Of a stretch of 64,000 nt of DNA, positions 47,990 to 57,451 are shown piece after piece. The stretch lies in assembly GCA_007375725.1 (NCBI GenBank), contig VMEV01000001.1, forward strand, positions 15,503 to 79,502, in the 5' to 3' direction. Every line of letters begins with the position of its first letter. Positions within the stretch are counted from its first letter, which is position 1. The notes under the pieces are model-generated. The model was not told the DNA's origin, ran no database searches, and saw only the letters and a program-made list of their open reading frames with translations. The position numbers were made by a program, and so were the translations under genes. This DNA comes from Parcubacteria group bacterium Greene0416_36. Lineage in GTDB: Bacteria > Patescibacteriota > Patescibacteriia > VMEV01.

Positions 47990-48351
47990 TAACGCTTAGC
48001 AACAGCCTCGGCGGTTCCGACATATTGAATATCGGCAGTTTTTTGCATCTCCAATCCCTCTACCGCGGTTTCCACTTTTTCAATTTGGCGGAGTTCAGCT
48101 TCCGCCAAAACCAAATCATTATAAGACTCTTTTAGTTTGGTGAGCTCGGTCTTTTGTTCATCCAGCCGATAACCCCAAACACTGACCCAGTTGACTTCAA
48201 TGATATACACCACCACTAACATAACACTGGATAAAACCAATAGTCCCCCAAATGACCGAGTCAAACCCGACAATGAAAATGTATTTTTTTTATTTTTTGT
48301 TTTCACAAGCGCGTCCAAATTTCCAGAACGCGTTCGGTAAGTTTGGTTCAT
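47989..48351 (-). CDS. FtsL-like cell division protein
   Basis: Single TM plus coiled coil; sits between rsmH and ftsI. Confidence 0.5.
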   Translation of the reverse strand: MNQTYRTRSGNLDALVKTKNKKNTFSLSGLTRSFGGLLVLSSVMLVVVYIIEVNWVSVWGYRLDEQKTELTKLKESYNDLVLAEAELRQIEKVETAVEGLEMQKTADIQYVGTAEAVAKR

Positions 48352-48357
48352 AGTTTT

Positions 48358-49314
48358 TTATATTCTCTCCGCTGCTCTTAATTTCGCGCTTCTCGACCGC
48401 CGATTAATATCCACTTCTTCGCCGGTCGGAACCACAGGTTTCTTCGTGATGATTTCTAGATTTTTTCTCTGCCCGCACCGGCATATAGGGAATCTCGGGG
48501 GGCAGACGCAGGATACCGAATGTTTTTTAAAAAAATTTTTGACGATTCTATCTTCCAAAGAATGGAAAGATATCACCACCAGTCTCCCCCCCACGGCCAA
48601 TAAATCAATGGACGCTTCCAGCACGCGTTCGAGATTGTCCAGTTCGCCATTCACCTCGATGCGAATGGCCTGAAAAATACGAGTGGCCGGATGAATACGC
48701 GACCCCTTTCTCCCTCCGACCGTGCGCTCCACCAAGGCAGAAAGCTCCAGGGCCGTGTCGATCGGCTTTTCCTTACGGTATTCGACTATGGCCTTGGCAA
48801 TTACGAAAGCTTTTCTTTCTTCGCCGAAAGAGCGAAAAATCCGAGAGAGCTCATCCACTTTGTAAAAATTAACCACATCCCAAGCCGAGAGAGGCCGGGT
48901 GCGATCGCCCCGCATGTCCAGCTTTGAATCGCTTTGGAAAGAAAAACCGCGAGTCCGGTCATCCATCTGCAAAGAGGAAAATCCCAGATCCAATAAAATA
49001 CCATCCACGGGTATGGGAAAGTTTGTAGCAGAGGCCAATTTAGCCACATGGCTGAAATTCCCCCACACAGGAACGAAAGACTCTCCATATTTTCCAAAAG
49101 AACCCGACATTTTTTCCAAATTTTCACGGTCCCAATCGATTGCCAAAAGTTTTCCTCCCGGACCAATGGCCTCCAAAATAGAGCGTGAATGACCTCCTCC
49201 TCCGAAGGTCGCATCAATGATTTTTTTCCCTGGAGATAAATTCAAAAGATGAATTGATTCTTCCAGAAGAACACTCTTGTGAACCAGATTTTTTCCATCT
49301 GTTTTTTCATCCAT
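48358..49314 (-). CDS. rsmH: 16S rRNA (cytosine1402-N4)-methyltransferase RsmH/MraW
   Basis: HKSVLLEE, DATFGGGGHS and DLGFSS motifs. Confidence 0.9.
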   Translation of the reverse strand: MDEKTDGKNLVHKSVLLEESIHLLNLSPGKKIIDATFGGGGHSRSILEAIGPGGKLLAIDWDRENLEKMSGSFGKYGESFVPVWGNFSHVAKLASATNFPIPVDGILLDLGFSSLQMDDRTRGFSFQSDSKLDMRGDRTRPLSAWDVVNFYKVDELSRIFRSFGEERKAFVIAKAIVEYRKEKPIDTALELSALVERTVGGRKGSRIHPATRIFQAIRIEVNGELDNLERVLEASIDLLAVGGRLVVISFHSLEDRIVKNFFKKHSVSCVCPPRFPICRCGQRKNLEIITKKPVVPTGEEVDINRRSRSAKLRAAERI

Positions 49315-49323
49315 ATCAAAAGT

Positions 49324-49764
49324 CTAAATTGCCGTCCCCGAAAAATCCCCCAACTTTTCCGCAATACTAGAGCTGGAAGACTCATTGTCCGACTGATATC
49401 GGGTCCAAGCCTCCTCATTCCAAATTTCCACTTTATTATATAAACCCACCACCACGGTTTTCTTGCTGATTTTGGCGAATACGCGTAAATACTCGGGAAT
49501 CACGATTCTTCCCGCGCGGTCCATCCCCACATCCATCGCCCCGGAGAGCACAAAACGACTAAATGCCCGGCCATCGCTTTTGTTGATCGGCAGGGTCGCA
49601 AGTTTCTGGGCCAAGGTTTTCCATTCATCCAGAGCGTAGAGAGTGAGGCATCCATCCAGTCCCCGGGTCACCACCGCTCCGCGCCCCAAGGACTCTCTGA
49701 ATTTCACCGGCAATGACAATCGCCCCTTATCATCCAAAGAATAAAAATATTGTCCGATAAACAT
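49324..49764 (-). CDS. mraZ: Transcriptional regulator MraZ
   Basis: MFIGQY, DDKGRLSLP and a duplicated MraZ-domain pattern. Confidence 0.9.
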   Translation of the reverse strand: MFIGQYFYSLDDKGRLSLPVKFRESLGRGAVVTRGLDGCLTLYALDEWKTLAQKLATLPINKSDGRAFSRFVLSGAMDVGMDRAGRIVIPEYLRVFAKISKKTVVVGLYNKVEIWNEEAWTRYQSDNESSSSSIAEKLGDFSGTAI

Positions 49765-49969
49765 AATTTTTTCCTACTACCGCCTTGAAAAGGTAGGAGC
49801 ACAGCGCGCTGTGCCCCTACCTTTTAGCATCCGTCGGGCGTGATATCACGACAAGCATGGAAGTGATTCCACTTTTTCCCACTTTTAACCACTACAAGCC
49901 CAAGATACACCACACCGACCCAAACATCAATATTATTCCTGTGCATAAGTCATTTTTTTAAGAAAAATA

Positions 49970-50004
49970 AATGTAGGGGCGTTGCATGCAACGCCCCTAC
50001 ATTT
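49970..50004. terminator. GC-rich hairpin of the gtaggggc...gcccctac family (bidirectional terminator-like)
   Basis: aatgtaggggcgttgcatgcaacgcccctacattt flanked by A/T runs. A related hairpin aaaggtaggagcacagcgcgctgtgcccctaccttt lies at 49788..49824. Confidence 0.55.
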
Positions 50005-50019
50005 ATTTTTCGTGATTGA

Positions 50020-50667
50020 TTATGCTTGCGTATCCGCCACCACATCCCTTATCCGATCCCATACCACAATCTTTCTGGCATTGAGAATAGAATCGAGAAA
50101 TTTGTCTCCAATGCCTTGGCGATAGCGGAATTCGTCGGGAGAAAAAATGGAAAATCGGATGGAACGGCCCAGCTTGGCTTCATATTCTGCCAAAAGACTC
50201 CGAATATCCGTTCTCGACTGATCCATGACCAATAGAATATCCACGGGGCTCTCGGCATCCGTAAAAAAACCGGTCGCGGCAAAATAATCAATGCCGCCCA
50301 AGGCTAGAATTTTGGTAAAGTATTGCTCGCGAAAGAAGAACTGGGACTTAAGAAAAAGCCCTTGCAGTTCAGGATAAAGACGAAAGGCCTTGGCTACCTG
50401 GAAATATCTTTTTTCCTGAATTCCGACAGCCCCCCCACCTTCGTCCCCCTTTAGGGATTCCGACTCTTCCAAAATGCCCACCTGCACAAGGTTAAGAAGT
50501 TCCCTTCGGACCGCGTGAATTTGGATATCTGCCATTCGAGTCAATTCGCGCACATAAAAAAATTTGTCAGGATGAGTGAAAAAAATATAAAGTAGAACGA
50601 ATCGAGTCCTAGACCCGAACAAATTTTCCAAAAGTAAATCTTGTTTCCAATCCGAACTATAATCCAT
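50020..50667 (-). CDS. Winged-helix plus nucleotidyltransferase-like domain protein
   Basis: N-terminal wHTH-like segment (FYVRELTRMADIQIHAVRRELLNLVQVGIL) and a C-terminal GGIDYFAATGFF....ILLVMD NTase-like pattern. Confidence 0.45.
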   Translation of the reverse strand: MDYSSDWKQDLLLENLFGSRTRFVLLYIFFTHPDKFFYVRELTRMADIQIHAVRRELLNLVQVGILEESESLKGDEGGGAVGIQEKRYFQVAKAFRLYPELQGLFLKSQFFFREQYFTKILALGGIDYFAATGFFTDAESPVDILLVMDQSRTDIRSLLAEYEAKLGRSIRFSIFSPDEFRYRQGIGDKFLDSILNARKIVVWDRIRDVVADTQA

Positions 50668-50728
50668 AAATTCATTTACTTATCAAATTGGACATAATAT
50701 AATATTTTCGTATCAGTCTGTAAAGCTT

Positions 50729-52864
50729 ATGCAACATAAGATCGTTCAATGCGAAAAATTCGTACAAAATTCTCCAGGCCGGCACAATTATATGTCTGTC
50801 TTTTCAGCCTCCTCCGGAGAAGATTCTTCCGTCTTGGCTTTGATTGTCGAAGCCAGAAAACAAAACCCGTCGGAGCATGGAATCGAATTCGAGAGTCTTT
50901 TTAAGACCCTCCAATATTATTATTGGCATATCCATAACGATCCCCAAAAAAAACCAGAGGATAATTTCGAACAATCCCTCAAAAGCCTTAACAATGAAAT
51001 ACTCCGGATGATCCAAGAGCGAAAACTCATTATCCGCCTCTCGGCCATTCAAATGCTTGTCATGCTCATCAAGCCATCCCGCGAATCCAATAAATATTGG
51101 GATATTTATATGTCCTCTTACGGGAATCTCCGAGCATACCTCATTCATCAGCTGCCGCTGGAAACTTATAAAATGATCTCCATTCCACTGGACGGCGTGG
51201 CCCTGACAGATAACCGATTTGCGCCGCTCTTCGCCAATATCATATCTGGAAAATTGCAGGAAAAAGACACATTACTCATGGGAGGGGATGCCATACTCGA
51301 ATATATGAATGAAGAAGAACTCACGGGAGTCCTTTCCTCTCTGCCTCCGTCAGGCGTTGCCAATTATATTCGAACCCAGCTCCAAAAATACAATCAAACA
51401 TTCGGATCGTTAATTTGTAAAATTGGAGAGATTCCCAGTCCCTCCCGTTTTGAGTACGCGCACCAAAATCCAGATACCCAAAGCCAAGAATCCCTTGAAA
51501 ATCTAGTGCTCACCGAAAAAAGAACGGCTCAAATACTCTCCCCGCTCGCCTCAGAAACCGACAATAAATTCGTGCGAACATTGGGGAAAAGCCTCCTCTA
51601 TTTGCGTCATGGAGCCAGCCTTGCGGCTCAATTTGTCAAAACGCGATTTGGCAGTCTTTTCGCTAAAACCGACCCGCAGATATTGCCAGAGAAGCCCCAG
51701 ACCCAGCTTGGCCGAATACAAAATATCACCATGAATATTATCGGCTTTATCTTCAATCTGATCACATCATTCTCCTCCAAAAGTTTTCGGCTCTTGGGCA
51801 TCACCTTGATTCTGTTCACCTTAACCTATGGTTCCATAGTCTGGATCAAAAATAAAAAAATATCCGTGGAAGCCGAACATGCCTATACTCGAATAACCCA
51901 AGAGACCCAGGAAACAAAAAATCAGATTGAAGCCGCGCTGATCTATGGACAAGAATCAAAGGCCAGAGAACTGTTGGAAACCCTAAAAAATAAAATATCC
52001 TCTATAAATCCCAGCGACGACCAAACCAAACAAGAATTTTTCTCTGGCGCCCGCGGAGATATTGCCAAATTCCAAGATATCCTCAATCATAATAACCGAC
52101 TGACTCTCGGCGAAATCTGGATGAACATCTCCTCCACCTTGGGAGATAAAAAAACGATAGCCTGGGCATCCACCCAGACCCACCTCCACGCCGTTCTAGA
52201 CACGGGAGTTATTTATAAAATAGACATCAAGAACAAAGATATATTGGAACTCGAAGAATTTCAGGGCAAAAACGCGGCACTGGCCATAGGAAACACTCAG
52301 CAAATCTTGATTTTGGACACTGGCGGCAATTGGCATCTTTTGGAAAAAGATAATAGCTTCTCCGCACTCAAATCTAATATTCCTAACCCGGAATCTATCA
52401 GCGACGGTGTTTTCTATAATAAAAAGCTTTATCTCCTCGACCGCGCCCATAGCCAAATTTATAAAGCGAGAATCGATGGCAGTAGCTTGGTTTTAGAAAA
52501 AAAATGGCTTGAAGATAATACCGATCTCTCCCAAGTAAAAACGATAGCCGTAGACGGACGGGTTCTTGCATCGAACTCTTCCGGAAATATCAAGATCTTT
52601 TTTAGCGGTAAATTGTCGGCAGACGTGATCACTCTTGACCGACCCAATCCGGAACTGGGCTCGATCACCCAACTCTATACCCAGCTAGATTTCCCGCACA
52701 TTATCGCCCAAGACAAAAGTCGAGTCCTCATCTGGAGCTCCCAGGGTCAGCTGGAAGGCCAATTCGCCAAGGAAGACCTCTCCCCTCTGGACGGATTTTC
52801 CGTGGTCGGACAAGATCTCTACATCGCCGGAGGAGGGATGATTTGGAAAGAGGAGTTGAAGTAA
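50729..52864 (+). CDS. Hypothetical 711-aa membrane protein: cytoplasmic N-domain, one TM, extracytoplasmic beta-propeller-like C-domain
   Basis: TM at LLGITLILFTLTYGSIVWI. C-terminal repeats LYLLDRAHSQIY, VLASNSSGNIKIF, VLIWSSQGQL and LYIAGGG suggest a propeller. Confidence 0.45.
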   Translation: MQHKIVQCEKFVQNSPGRHNYMSVFSASSGEDSSVLALIVEARKQNPSEHGIEFESLFKTLQYYYWHIHNDPQKKPEDNFEQSLKSLNNEILRMIQERKLIIRLSAIQMLVMLIKPSRESNKYWDIYMSSYGNLRAYLIHQLPLETYKMISIPLDGVALTDNRFAPLFANIISGKLQEKDTLLMGGDAILEYMNEEELTGVLSSLPPSGVANYIRTQLQKYNQTFGSLICKIGEIPSPSRFEYAHQNPDTQSQESLENLVLTEKRTAQILSPLASETDNKFVRTLGKSLLYLRHGASLAAQFVKTRFGSLFAKTDPQILPEKPQTQLGRIQNITMNIIGFIFNLITSFSSKSFRLLGITLILFTLTYGSIVWIKNKKISVEAEHAYTRITQETQETKNQIEAALIYGQESKARELLETLKNKISSINPSDDQTKQEFFSGARGDIAKFQDILNHNNRLTLGEIWMNISSTLGDKKTIAWASTQTHLHAVLDTGVIYKIDIKNKDILELEEFQGKNAALAIGNTQQILILDTGGNWHLLEKDNSFSALKSNIPNPESISDGVFYNKKLYLLDRAHSQIYKARIDGSSLVLEKKWLEDNTDLSQVKTIAVDGRVLASNSSGNIKIFFSGKLSADVITLDRPNPELGSITQLYTQLDFPHIIAQDKSRVLIWSSQGQLEGQFAKEDLSPLDGFSVVGQDLYIAGGGMIWKEELK

Positions 52865-52919
52865 TAGCAACAAACCCATCCCCGGCCCTCCCCTTAACAA
52901 GGGAGGGTTAGGGAGGGGT

Positions 52920-53891
52920 TTATTTTGGAATCTGAGGGCAATTAAACAAGAATTTCGTTTCTTCCAAACCGTTGACGCCTTTTTTAAAATTCACGTGGCG
53001 GCCGATATCAGATACCAGCTGATCGAAAGATTTCCAGGCCTTAACGGATAATTGAGGGTCCGAAAGAGTCGGATAAGTATTTTTGACATGAATAAAAGAA
53101 AGCTTCCAAATAGGCGTATACGAAGGATGACTGCGTTCAAAACTGGCCACATTAACAGAATCCCGCAAATCAGTATCTCCACTCATATCCTTGGACCACA
53201 TCTTTTCAAACAGGCTTTCCTTATCCCCATCCCTCCAGACAGACACAACCGGCATGGTATCTATTTTCTTTACTTCCGAAACTGCCAGACTGGTTTCAAA
53301 TTGAAGCGCAGTGGCGCGTTTTTTATTGTAATAGATATCTATTTTTCTCGGGAAATTGCCGTCATGATCTTGAATTTTCACGTCGCGGCTCACGATAGGC
53401 ATATTGACCCCCATGCCGGAAAAAGTGACCGAGAACACTTTGTCTTTTTCAGCCTCCAAAATAGTATGGATGGATTTCACCGAGTTGGGCACATAACGCC
53501 GCGGAACATGAACATGAAAAATCTCCCACATTTCCCCATAAGCAGGATCTCCCGGCTTAATATAAACAATAGGCATTTGATCTTCTATCACGCGGCCATC
53601 CGGATCCATAAAATAATAGAGGGCATTGATGTAAGGATTTGGAACTTGTGGGATAAAGTAGCACGACCGCTCCGCTCCGCCCGCGTAATAATCAACAAGA
53701 TCAATATTGCGGGGATACAAATCCGCATTGCTGTCGTCCAAAATACCCTCCTCGACATCCGAATATTTAGCCAAAACAGCATCTTCCCGCTGGAGAGTCC
53801 GGAAATGATACAAACCTATTCCCAATGCTGCCAATACACAAATACTCAAAATATAAAACCGTTTTTCCATTAAATTCTCCATATAAATCAA
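52920..53891 (-). CDS. Hypothetical signal-anchored secreted protein (323 aa)
   Basis: N-terminal hydrophobic anchor; no recognisable domain. Confidence 0.4.
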   Translation of the reverse strand: MIYMENLMEKRFYILSICVLAALGIGLYHFRTLQREDAVLAKYSDVEEGILDDSNADLYPRNIDLVDYYAGGAERSCYFIPQVPNPYINALYYFMDPDGRVIEDQMPIVYIKPGDPAYGEMWEIFHVHVPRRYVPNSVKSIHTILEAEKDKVFSVTFSGMGVNMPIVSRDVKIQDHDGNFPRKIDIYYNKKRATALQFETSLAVSEVKKIDTMPVVSVWRDGDKESLFEKMWSKDMSGDTDLRDSVNVASFERSHPSYTPIWKLSFIHVKNTYPTLSDPQLSVKAWKSFDQLVSDIGRHVNFKKGVNGLEETKFLFNCPQIPK

Positions 53892-53972
53892 AAAAATGAT
53901 TGCGTGAGTTTAGTGGATTTACTTTACCAAAAAGAAAAAATTTTACCAGAAGAAATAAGAGATGGGGTTATA

Positions 53973-55328
53973 TTAGCCTTTTTTTCCTCTAAAAAATTCA
54001 TCGATATAGGGCAAAATCTCTTCTTGAGTGTCAACCAAGTAAAATAAATCCAGATCCTTTGATTCAATACAGTGGTTTTGGTCCAAAATGATTTTTTTAA
54101 TGAATTGAAGAAGCGGCTGCCAAAATTTTTTTCCCACCAAAAAGATAGGTACCGGCTCCATTTTTTTGGTTTGTACAAGAGTGGCCAAATCAAAAAAATC
54201 ACCCAAAGTACCATACCCTCCCGGAAAAAAAACATAGGACTGTGCGCACATCGTCAAAATGACCTTGCGCGTGAAGTAGTAATGGAAGGTAATGCCTCGG
54301 TTGACAAAGGGGTTCATTTTCTCAGTCGGAGACATTTTGTCCAGACCCACAGAAATTGCCCCGCTCTCTTTGGCCCCCCGGTTGGCGGCTTCCATAATTC
54401 CGCCGCCGCCAGGAGTCACCACGGTCATACCCCGCTTGCCGAGCGACAAGCCCAGGCGATAAGCCTCTTTGTAATAAATTGTCTTCTCGCTGGACTGGCC
54501 GGAACCGAAAACGCCCACCACGCGGTCCAGCTTGGAAATAAACTGGAACCCTTGCACAAATTCGGCCATGATGCGGAAAATACGCCAGTTAGCATTTTCT
54601 CTGAAAGAAAAAATTCTATCGCCAGCCAAGGAATCCATATATTCCCGCTCTCGTGTTTTTTTCACAATCGCGACCGCGCGATCGACACTGGGAACTAGAT
54701 AAATATGACTCCAGTCTTCCTTGGAAATAGCGCCCAATTGCTCACAGACTGACTCTTTCAAGAACGAGAGCAAGGGCTCCCAAAATTCCAGCCCCACCAG
54801 AATAATAGGGACATTTTCGATCACGCCCAATTTGATCAAAGTGAGCATTTCAAACAGCTCATCCAAGGTGCCGAAACCTCCTGGAAAAAAGACATAAGCC
54901 TGGGATGAAATGCTCAGCATCACCTTTCTCGTGAAAAAATAATGAAAGGCAATAGCTTTATTCACGTAAGGATTGATTCTCTGCTCAAAGGGCAGCTGAA
55001 TATTGAGCCCTACGGACAAAGCGCCGGCTTCAAACGCGCCGCGATTGGACGCTTCCATGATTCCCGGGCCGCCTCCGGTAATGACGGAATATTTGGCCTT
55101 CCCTGCCTTGAATCCAAATTCTCGGGCCAACTGATAATAGGGATGATCTTCCTTAAAACGGGCCGATCCAAAAACACTGATTTCATGGTGGATATCTGCC
55201 AAAAATTCAAAGCCTTCCACAAACTCGGCCATGATCATGAAAATCTGCCAATTCGCATTGGCCGCAAAATCAAACTTCTTATGAGAATCCAAAAGCATTT
55301 GATTGTAATTCAAGCTGTCCGATATCAT
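53973..55328 (-). CDS. Tandem fusion of two LOG-family (TIGR00730) domains
   Basis: Two copies of the LOG signature: ITGGGPGIMEA....FFPGGFGTLDE and VTPGGGGIMEA....FFPGGYGTLGD. Confidence 0.75.
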   Translation of the reverse strand: MISDSLNYNQMLLDSHKKFDFAANANWQIFMIMAEFVEGFEFLADIHHEISVFGSARFKEDHPYYQLAREFGFKAGKAKYSVITGGGPGIMEASNRGAFEAGALSVGLNIQLPFEQRINPYVNKAIAFHYFFTRKVMLSISSQAYVFFPGGFGTLDELFEMLTLIKLGVIENVPIILVGLEFWEPLLSFLKESVCEQLGAISKEDWSHIYLVPSVDRAVAIVKKTREREYMDSLAGDRIFSFRENANWRIFRIMAEFVQGFQFISKLDRVVGVFGSGQSSEKTIYYKEAYRLGLSLGKRGMTVVTPGGGGIMEAANRGAKESGAISVGLDKMSPTEKMNPFVNRGITFHYYFTRKVILTMCAQSYVFFPGGYGTLGDFFDLATLVQTKKMEPVPIFLVGKKFWQPLLQFIKKIILDQNHCIESKDLDLFYLVDTQEEILPYIDEFFRGKKG

Positions 55329-55342
55329 ATCTTTGGAATACT

Positions 55343-57451
55343 TTAAAATTTTATGACTTGTCCGGGCCGGATCGACTCTGATTTTGGAAGAGGCTGCTCT
55401 GCTATTTTAGGCAGGCTGATAGCGGCCTCTTTATTCTTGAGAGCCGTGCCCAAGGCCTCTTTCAGGCTGATCGGAGCGGGCGTCTGTACGAGCACTGGAG
55501 AGCCCGCTCGAATCGGACTCCTAGGAGGAGGGGTGAAGACTGGCCGAGCAGGCACTGGGACAATAGGCTTGAGAGCCATCGGGAGCTTTGGCGCGAGCAT
55601 GGAAGGCGTAACAAGCCGAGGCAAAGCAGGGGGTGCCTGCTGAGGCTTAGGGACCAGAGTGGCGATAGGAGAAGGAGATACTGCCGGACGCCGAGGCGGA
55701 ACTATAGGCGCAGAGGCTAGTTTGGGATAGACAGGCGACGAGACGGGTTTAGCTGCAAGCGGATATTTCACCGGCGGTATTGCCGGAGCGACTGCTCTGG
55801 AAGGAACTGACGGCAGAACCGGAGGCTTTGGGGGAGCGAGGACAGGCGCCACTGGCGGTTCCGAGGCGATAGAGGGGACATCGGTGGCAACGACAGGCAC
55901 AGCCGGGGCTGGAGGCGGAGTGGGAGCTGGAGGCATCGGAACCGCAGCCCATGGAGGAGGCGTAGTGGGTGGCTTAATCATTCCCTGACGGTAGAGCTTG
56001 AGACAGTCCTTGCAGTAGGTGGGACGCACACCGTCTGGCGTAAAATTCACGCGGGTGTCTTTTTGACAATTCCAGCATTTGGCGATAATCGCATTGGGGT
56101 CCACCGGCCCTTCCGAAAAACTAGAAGATTCGTCGTCTTTGGCTTCAGCCCAGCGCCGAATTTTGTCTTCCACGATCTGCCGAGGCTTCGCATAGCGCTC
56201 GCGGGAGACGCGGATGATTTTCTCGACATTATTCGTAATAAATTCCTTAGGAATGGGCGGCAGGCCATGAGCAGAAAAGGGATCTGAGGCCACGCCGTCG
56301 ATCATGAGCTTGATATAAAAACTCCATTTAGCGAGATTCACCAAATCCTGCTGCATGAAAATAGGCTCAAATTCTTTTTCGAGAAATTCTGCATCAGCCG
56401 CCCCTACTCGCATGGTGATAAGGCTTCCTACATTGCCAAATACAGCGTCGCGAACTTTTTCATCCAGCTGGGTGATATACTGATGAGCCATGATGAGACA
56501 TAGATGATATTTGCGGGCTTCAGACAAAATATCGGCAAAACTCTCAGTGGCGAAATTCTGAAACTCATCAACATAGAGATAAAAATCTTTGCGGTCTGTC
56601 TCGGCCATATCCACGCGGCTCATGGCGGCGAGAGTGATCTTCGTAATCATCATGGCGCCCAACATGGCGGAATTATCTTCTCCGACTTTTCCCTTGGACA
56701 AGTTCATCAGAAGAATTTTGCTTGAATCCATGGCCTCTCTCATGTCGAAAGAAGATTTGATCTGGCCGATGCTGTTGCGAATAAGAGTGACCGACAAAAA
56801 CTGTCCCACCTTGTTCTGAATGGGGGAAATGGCTTCGGTCGCGAATTTATCGGTATATTTGGCGAATTCATCAGTCCAGAAGGCTTTGACCACGGGATCT
56901 TGAATTTTGGCCACGACTTTTTTCCGGTATTCCTTGTCTGAAAGCATGCGGACCACGCCCAGCAAAGTGCTTTCCGGATAGTCCAAAAGAGCCAAAATAG
57001 CATTACGGAGCAAATATTCCAAGCGAGGTCCCCATGAATCGGCCCATATTTTCTTGAAAACGCCAATGATCCCTGACGCAATCAAATGGCGGCGGCTAGG
57101 ATCCACTTTTTCAAGCACATTAAAAGCAATGGGGTGATCAATATCCGAAGGATTAAAATAAATCACGTCATTGATGCGGTTGCTGGGGATATAGTTGATC
57201 ACCTTCTCAACAAGTTCACCATGAGGATCAATGAGGGCGAGTCCCTTGCCATTGATAATATCCTGGATGATCATATTCTCCAGAATCGTTGATTTGCCCA
57301 TGCCTGTTTTGCCCAATAAATACATGTGCCTCCGACGATCATCGATTTTGATACCAAATTTTTTTTTGGTATTGCGAAAATTAGTAACCCCCAAAAGGGC
57401 GATCTCGGACATAATTATAAAAGATAAAAAATAGAGAACCAAATTAGGCAA
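55343..57451 (-). CDS. TraD/VirD4/TrwB-like (type IV coupling protein family) P-loop ATPase with a C-terminal zinc ribbon and a proline-rich tail of about 200 aa
   Basis: Walker A LLGKTGMGKST; YLYVDEFQNF and ARKYHLCLIMAHQYITQL match the TrwB/TraG AAD-binding pattern; CWNCQ...CKDC ribbon; long PPTTPPPWAAVPMPPAP... tail. Confidence 0.55.
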   Translation of the reverse strand: MPNLVLYFLSFIIMSEIALLGVTNFRNTKKKFGIKIDDRRRHMYLLGKTGMGKSTILENMIIQDIINGKGLALIDPHGELVEKVINYIPSNRINDVIYFNPSDIDHPIAFNVLEKVDPSRRHLIASGIIGVFKKIWADSWGPRLEYLLRNAILALLDYPESTLLGVVRMLSDKEYRKKVVAKIQDPVVKAFWTDEFAKYTDKFATEAISPIQNKVGQFLSVTLIRNSIGQIKSSFDMREAMDSSKILLMNLSKGKVGEDNSAMLGAMMITKITLAAMSRVDMAETDRKDFYLYVDEFQNFATESFADILSEARKYHLCLIMAHQYITQLDEKVRDAVFGNVGSLITMRVGAADAEFLEKEFEPIFMQQDLVNLAKWSFYIKLMIDGVASDPFSAHGLPPIPKEFITNNVEKIIRVSRERYAKPRQIVEDKIRRWAEAKDDESSSFSEGPVDPNAIIAKCWNCQKDTRVNFTPDGVRPTYCKDCLKLYRQGMIKPPTTPPPWAAVPMPPAPTPPPAPAVPVVATDVPSIASEPPVAPVLAPPKPPVLPSVPSRAVAPAIPPVKYPLAAKPVSSPVYPKLASAPIVPPRRPAVSPSPIATLVPKPQQAPPALPRLVTPSMLAPKLPMALKPIVPVPARPVFTPPPRSPIRAGSPVLVQTPAPISLKEALGTALKNKEAAISLPKIAEQPLPKSESIRPGQVIKF

